A DNA stretch of 64,000 bases from NCBI GenBank assembly GCA_950097015.1, contig CATNEN010000003.1, forward strand, positions 13,206,001 through 13,270,000. Direction: 5' to 3'. This document shows positions 61,539 through 64,000 of the stretch, one piece after another. The DNA comes from Macrostomum hystrix. Lineage: Eukaryota; Animalia; Platyhelminthes. The position numbers and the translations under genes were made by a program. Positions within the stretch are counted from its first letter, which is position 1; every line of letters starts with the position of its first letter. The notes beneath the pieces were generated by a model that did not search any database, was not told the origin of the DNA, and saw only the letters and a program-made list of their open reading frames with translations.

Positions 61539-63688
61539 GACAAGAAGCTAAGCCAGCTCCTCACTGACCAGCAAGTGGCGGCACTTATGGCCATAAAGGC
61601 AAATGTGCACCCTGAAGCTGAATCCGAGGCTATCATCGGCAACAAGGAAATGCTAGCCTTCGGGATGACTGTCTGCTTCGGCAGTGGCAATGCCAACAGA
61701 CAAGATGTTGCCTGCAATGCGTCTGTTGGAGAAGTGGGCAGAGGACCCGGACAAAGAACTATGGGTGAGCTTTTCAAATTAAATAAATTATTTTTAGCTA
61801 CGACTAATTACATCTCCTAACTTAATCTCCAGTGAATCCGGTCATACTATTCTGTCTCAGAACATTGTTCAGTGTTGAGCTGGTGATCCAAATCTCACTT
61901 CAGTAGGTAATTCTTTGCTCTTTGCGTCCAGTATATGCGGTCATTCCTTCCTCTGTGCCTCCAGTATATGCGGTCATTCTGTCCTCTGTGCCTCCAGTAT
62001 ATGCGGTCATTCTGTCCTCTGTGCCTCCAGTATATGCGGTCATTCTGTCCTCTGTGCCTCCAGTATATGCGGTCATTCTGTCCTCTGTGCCTCCAGTATA
62101 TGCGGTCATTCTGTCCTCTGTGCCTCCAGTATATGCGGTCATTCTGTCCTCTGTGCCTCCAGTATATGCGGTCATTCTGTCTTCTGTGCCTCCAGTATAT
62201 GCGGTCATTCCTTCCTCTGTGCCTCCAGTATATGCGGTCATTCTGTCTTCTGTGCCTCCAGTATATGCGGTCATTCTGTCTTCTGTGCCTCCAGTATATG
62301 CGGTCATTCTTTCCTCTGTGCCTCCAGTATATGCGGTCATTCTTTCCTCTGTGCCTCCAGTATATGCGGTCATTCTGTCCTCTGTGCCTCCAGTATATGC
62401 GGTCATTCCTTCCTCTGTGCCTCCAGTATATGCGGTCATTCTTTCCTCTGTGCCTCCAGTATATGCGGTCATTCTTTCCTCTGTGCCTCCAGTATATGCG
62501 GTCATTCTGTCCTCTGTGCCTCCAGTATATGCGGTCATTCTTTCCTCTGTGCCTCCAGTATATGCGGTCATTCTTTCCTCTGTGCCTCCAGTATATGCGG
62601 TCATTCCTTCCTTTGTGCCTCCAGTATATGCGGTCATTCCTTCCTTTGTGCCTCCAGTATATGCGGTCATTCCTTCCTCTGTGCCTCCAGTATATGCGGT
62701 CATTCTTTCCTCTGTGCCTCCAGTATATGCGGTCATTCTTTCCTCTGTGCCTCCAGTATATGCGGTCATTCTTTCCTCTTTCCTCTGTGCCTCCAGTATA
62801 TGCGGTCATTCCTTCCTCTGTGCCTCCAGTATATGCGGTCATTCCTTCCTTTGTGCCTCCAGTATATGCGGTCATTCTGTCTTCTGTGCCTCCAGTATAT
62901 GCGGTCATTCTTTCCTCTGTGCCTCCAGTATATGCGGTCATTCCTTCCTCTGTGCCTCCAGTATATGCGGTCATTCCTTCCTCTGTGCCTCCAGTATATG
63001 CGGTCATTCTTTCCTCTGTGCCTCCAGTATATGCGGTCATTCTTTCCTCTGTGCCTCCAGTATATGCGGTCATTCTTTCCTCTTTCCTCTGTGCCTCCAG
63101 TATATGCGGTCATTCTTTCCTCTTTCCTCTGTGCCTCCAGTATATGCGGTCATTCTTTCCTCTGTGCCTCCATTATATGCGGTCATTCTTTCCTCTGTGC
63201 CTCCATTATATGCGGTCATTCTTTCCTCTGTGCCTCCAGTATATGCGGTCATTCTTTCCTCTTTCCTCTGTGCCTCCAGTATATGCGGTCATTCTTTCCT
63301 CTTTCCTCTGTGCCTCCATTATATGCGGTCATTCTTTCCTCTGTGCCTCCAGTATCGTCTTGAAAGTACACTAAAACGTTTACATTACAAGTCATATATT
63401 AACTTACGTTTCCGGCAGCTGTGATATAAAACATATATATTTATGGCATATATTCAGGTCAAGAAGCAGAAAACTTCCGGATACTTTGGTGTGCGGGAGT
63501 GCCGCGACCTGCTTCTGCGTATGCTGCAGCACCGGTTAGAGACCAGCGGCACAGTAAACGACTGTGAGCCGTTCGTCAAATTTAAGTAAGGCGGCTTTGA
63601 GGGAATGTTGCGTGAACACCGTGAGCGCTTCGATCCGCTCCTGGCTACTGTCACCTGCACAAGTTTTCGAATTTTTGTGGAGACAAAA
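61539..63688 (+). pseudogene. Exon-like fragments (61539-61764, 63458-63585/63688) of an unidentified gene, possibly an intron-containing transposase remnant
   Basis: AG/GT-flanked open segments DKKLSQLLTDQQVAALMAIKANV... and VKKQKTSGYFGVRECRDLLLRMLQHRL...PFVKFK. Their phases do not join directly. Confidence 0.3.
61925..63355. repeat. 33-bp minisatellite (same unit as 57787-58318)
   Basis: Directly visible ~1.4-kb array. Confidence 0.97.
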
Positions 63689-63839
63689 GTGAGTAGTACA
63701 TTCACTCGTATGTACTGTTCTCTGCTATACATAGTCTATTTTGTTTAGCACGCAGCGCTTCGTGAGAACTTTTATTAAAATATCCTAATGTTAAATTATT
63801 TTCAGGCGCTCCTCGCTGGCGAAAATCCACAGCTGGTCT

Positions 63840-64000
63840 TATGTACTGAATGTACTGAAGTACTGATGTACTGAAGTACTGATGTACTGAAGTACTGATG
63901 TACTGATGTACTGAAGTACTGATGTACTGATGTACTGAAGTACTGATGTACTGAAGTACTGAAGTACTGATGTACTGAAGTACTGATGTACTGAAGTACT
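63840..64000. repeat. 8-bp repeat (gtactgaa/gtactgat)n running off the window
   Basis: Directly visible. Confidence 0.93.

Overview
Eukaryotic (animal) genomic DNA with spliced genes, intronic minisatellites and many small transposon derivatives. The style suggests a free-living flatworm such as Macrostomum, which is inference and not proven. Genes: the 3' end of an NMDA-type ionotropic glutamate receptor (+); then, all on the minus strand, leishmanolysin/invadolysin (LMLN), Canopy-2-like (CNPY2), the C-terminal half only of NOL6/Utp22, and a ~17-kb gene for a secreted protein made of ~23 one-exon-per-domain CUB-like modules in a triplicated higher-order cassette. Cytoplasmic arginyl-tRNA synthetase (RARS1, +) follows, then a repeat-rich tail with a deleted Helitron, a deleted Gypsy element, a 444-bp duplication and satellites. 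Mobile DNA includes two tRNA-derived SINE families (one with a MIR-like CORE domain), hAT MITEs with 8-bp TSDs whose interiors have amplified into minisatellites, a nested P-like/solo-LTR/SINE insertion and a 58-bp MITE. Exon boundaries were read by eye and family assignments rest on motif recognition, not database searches.
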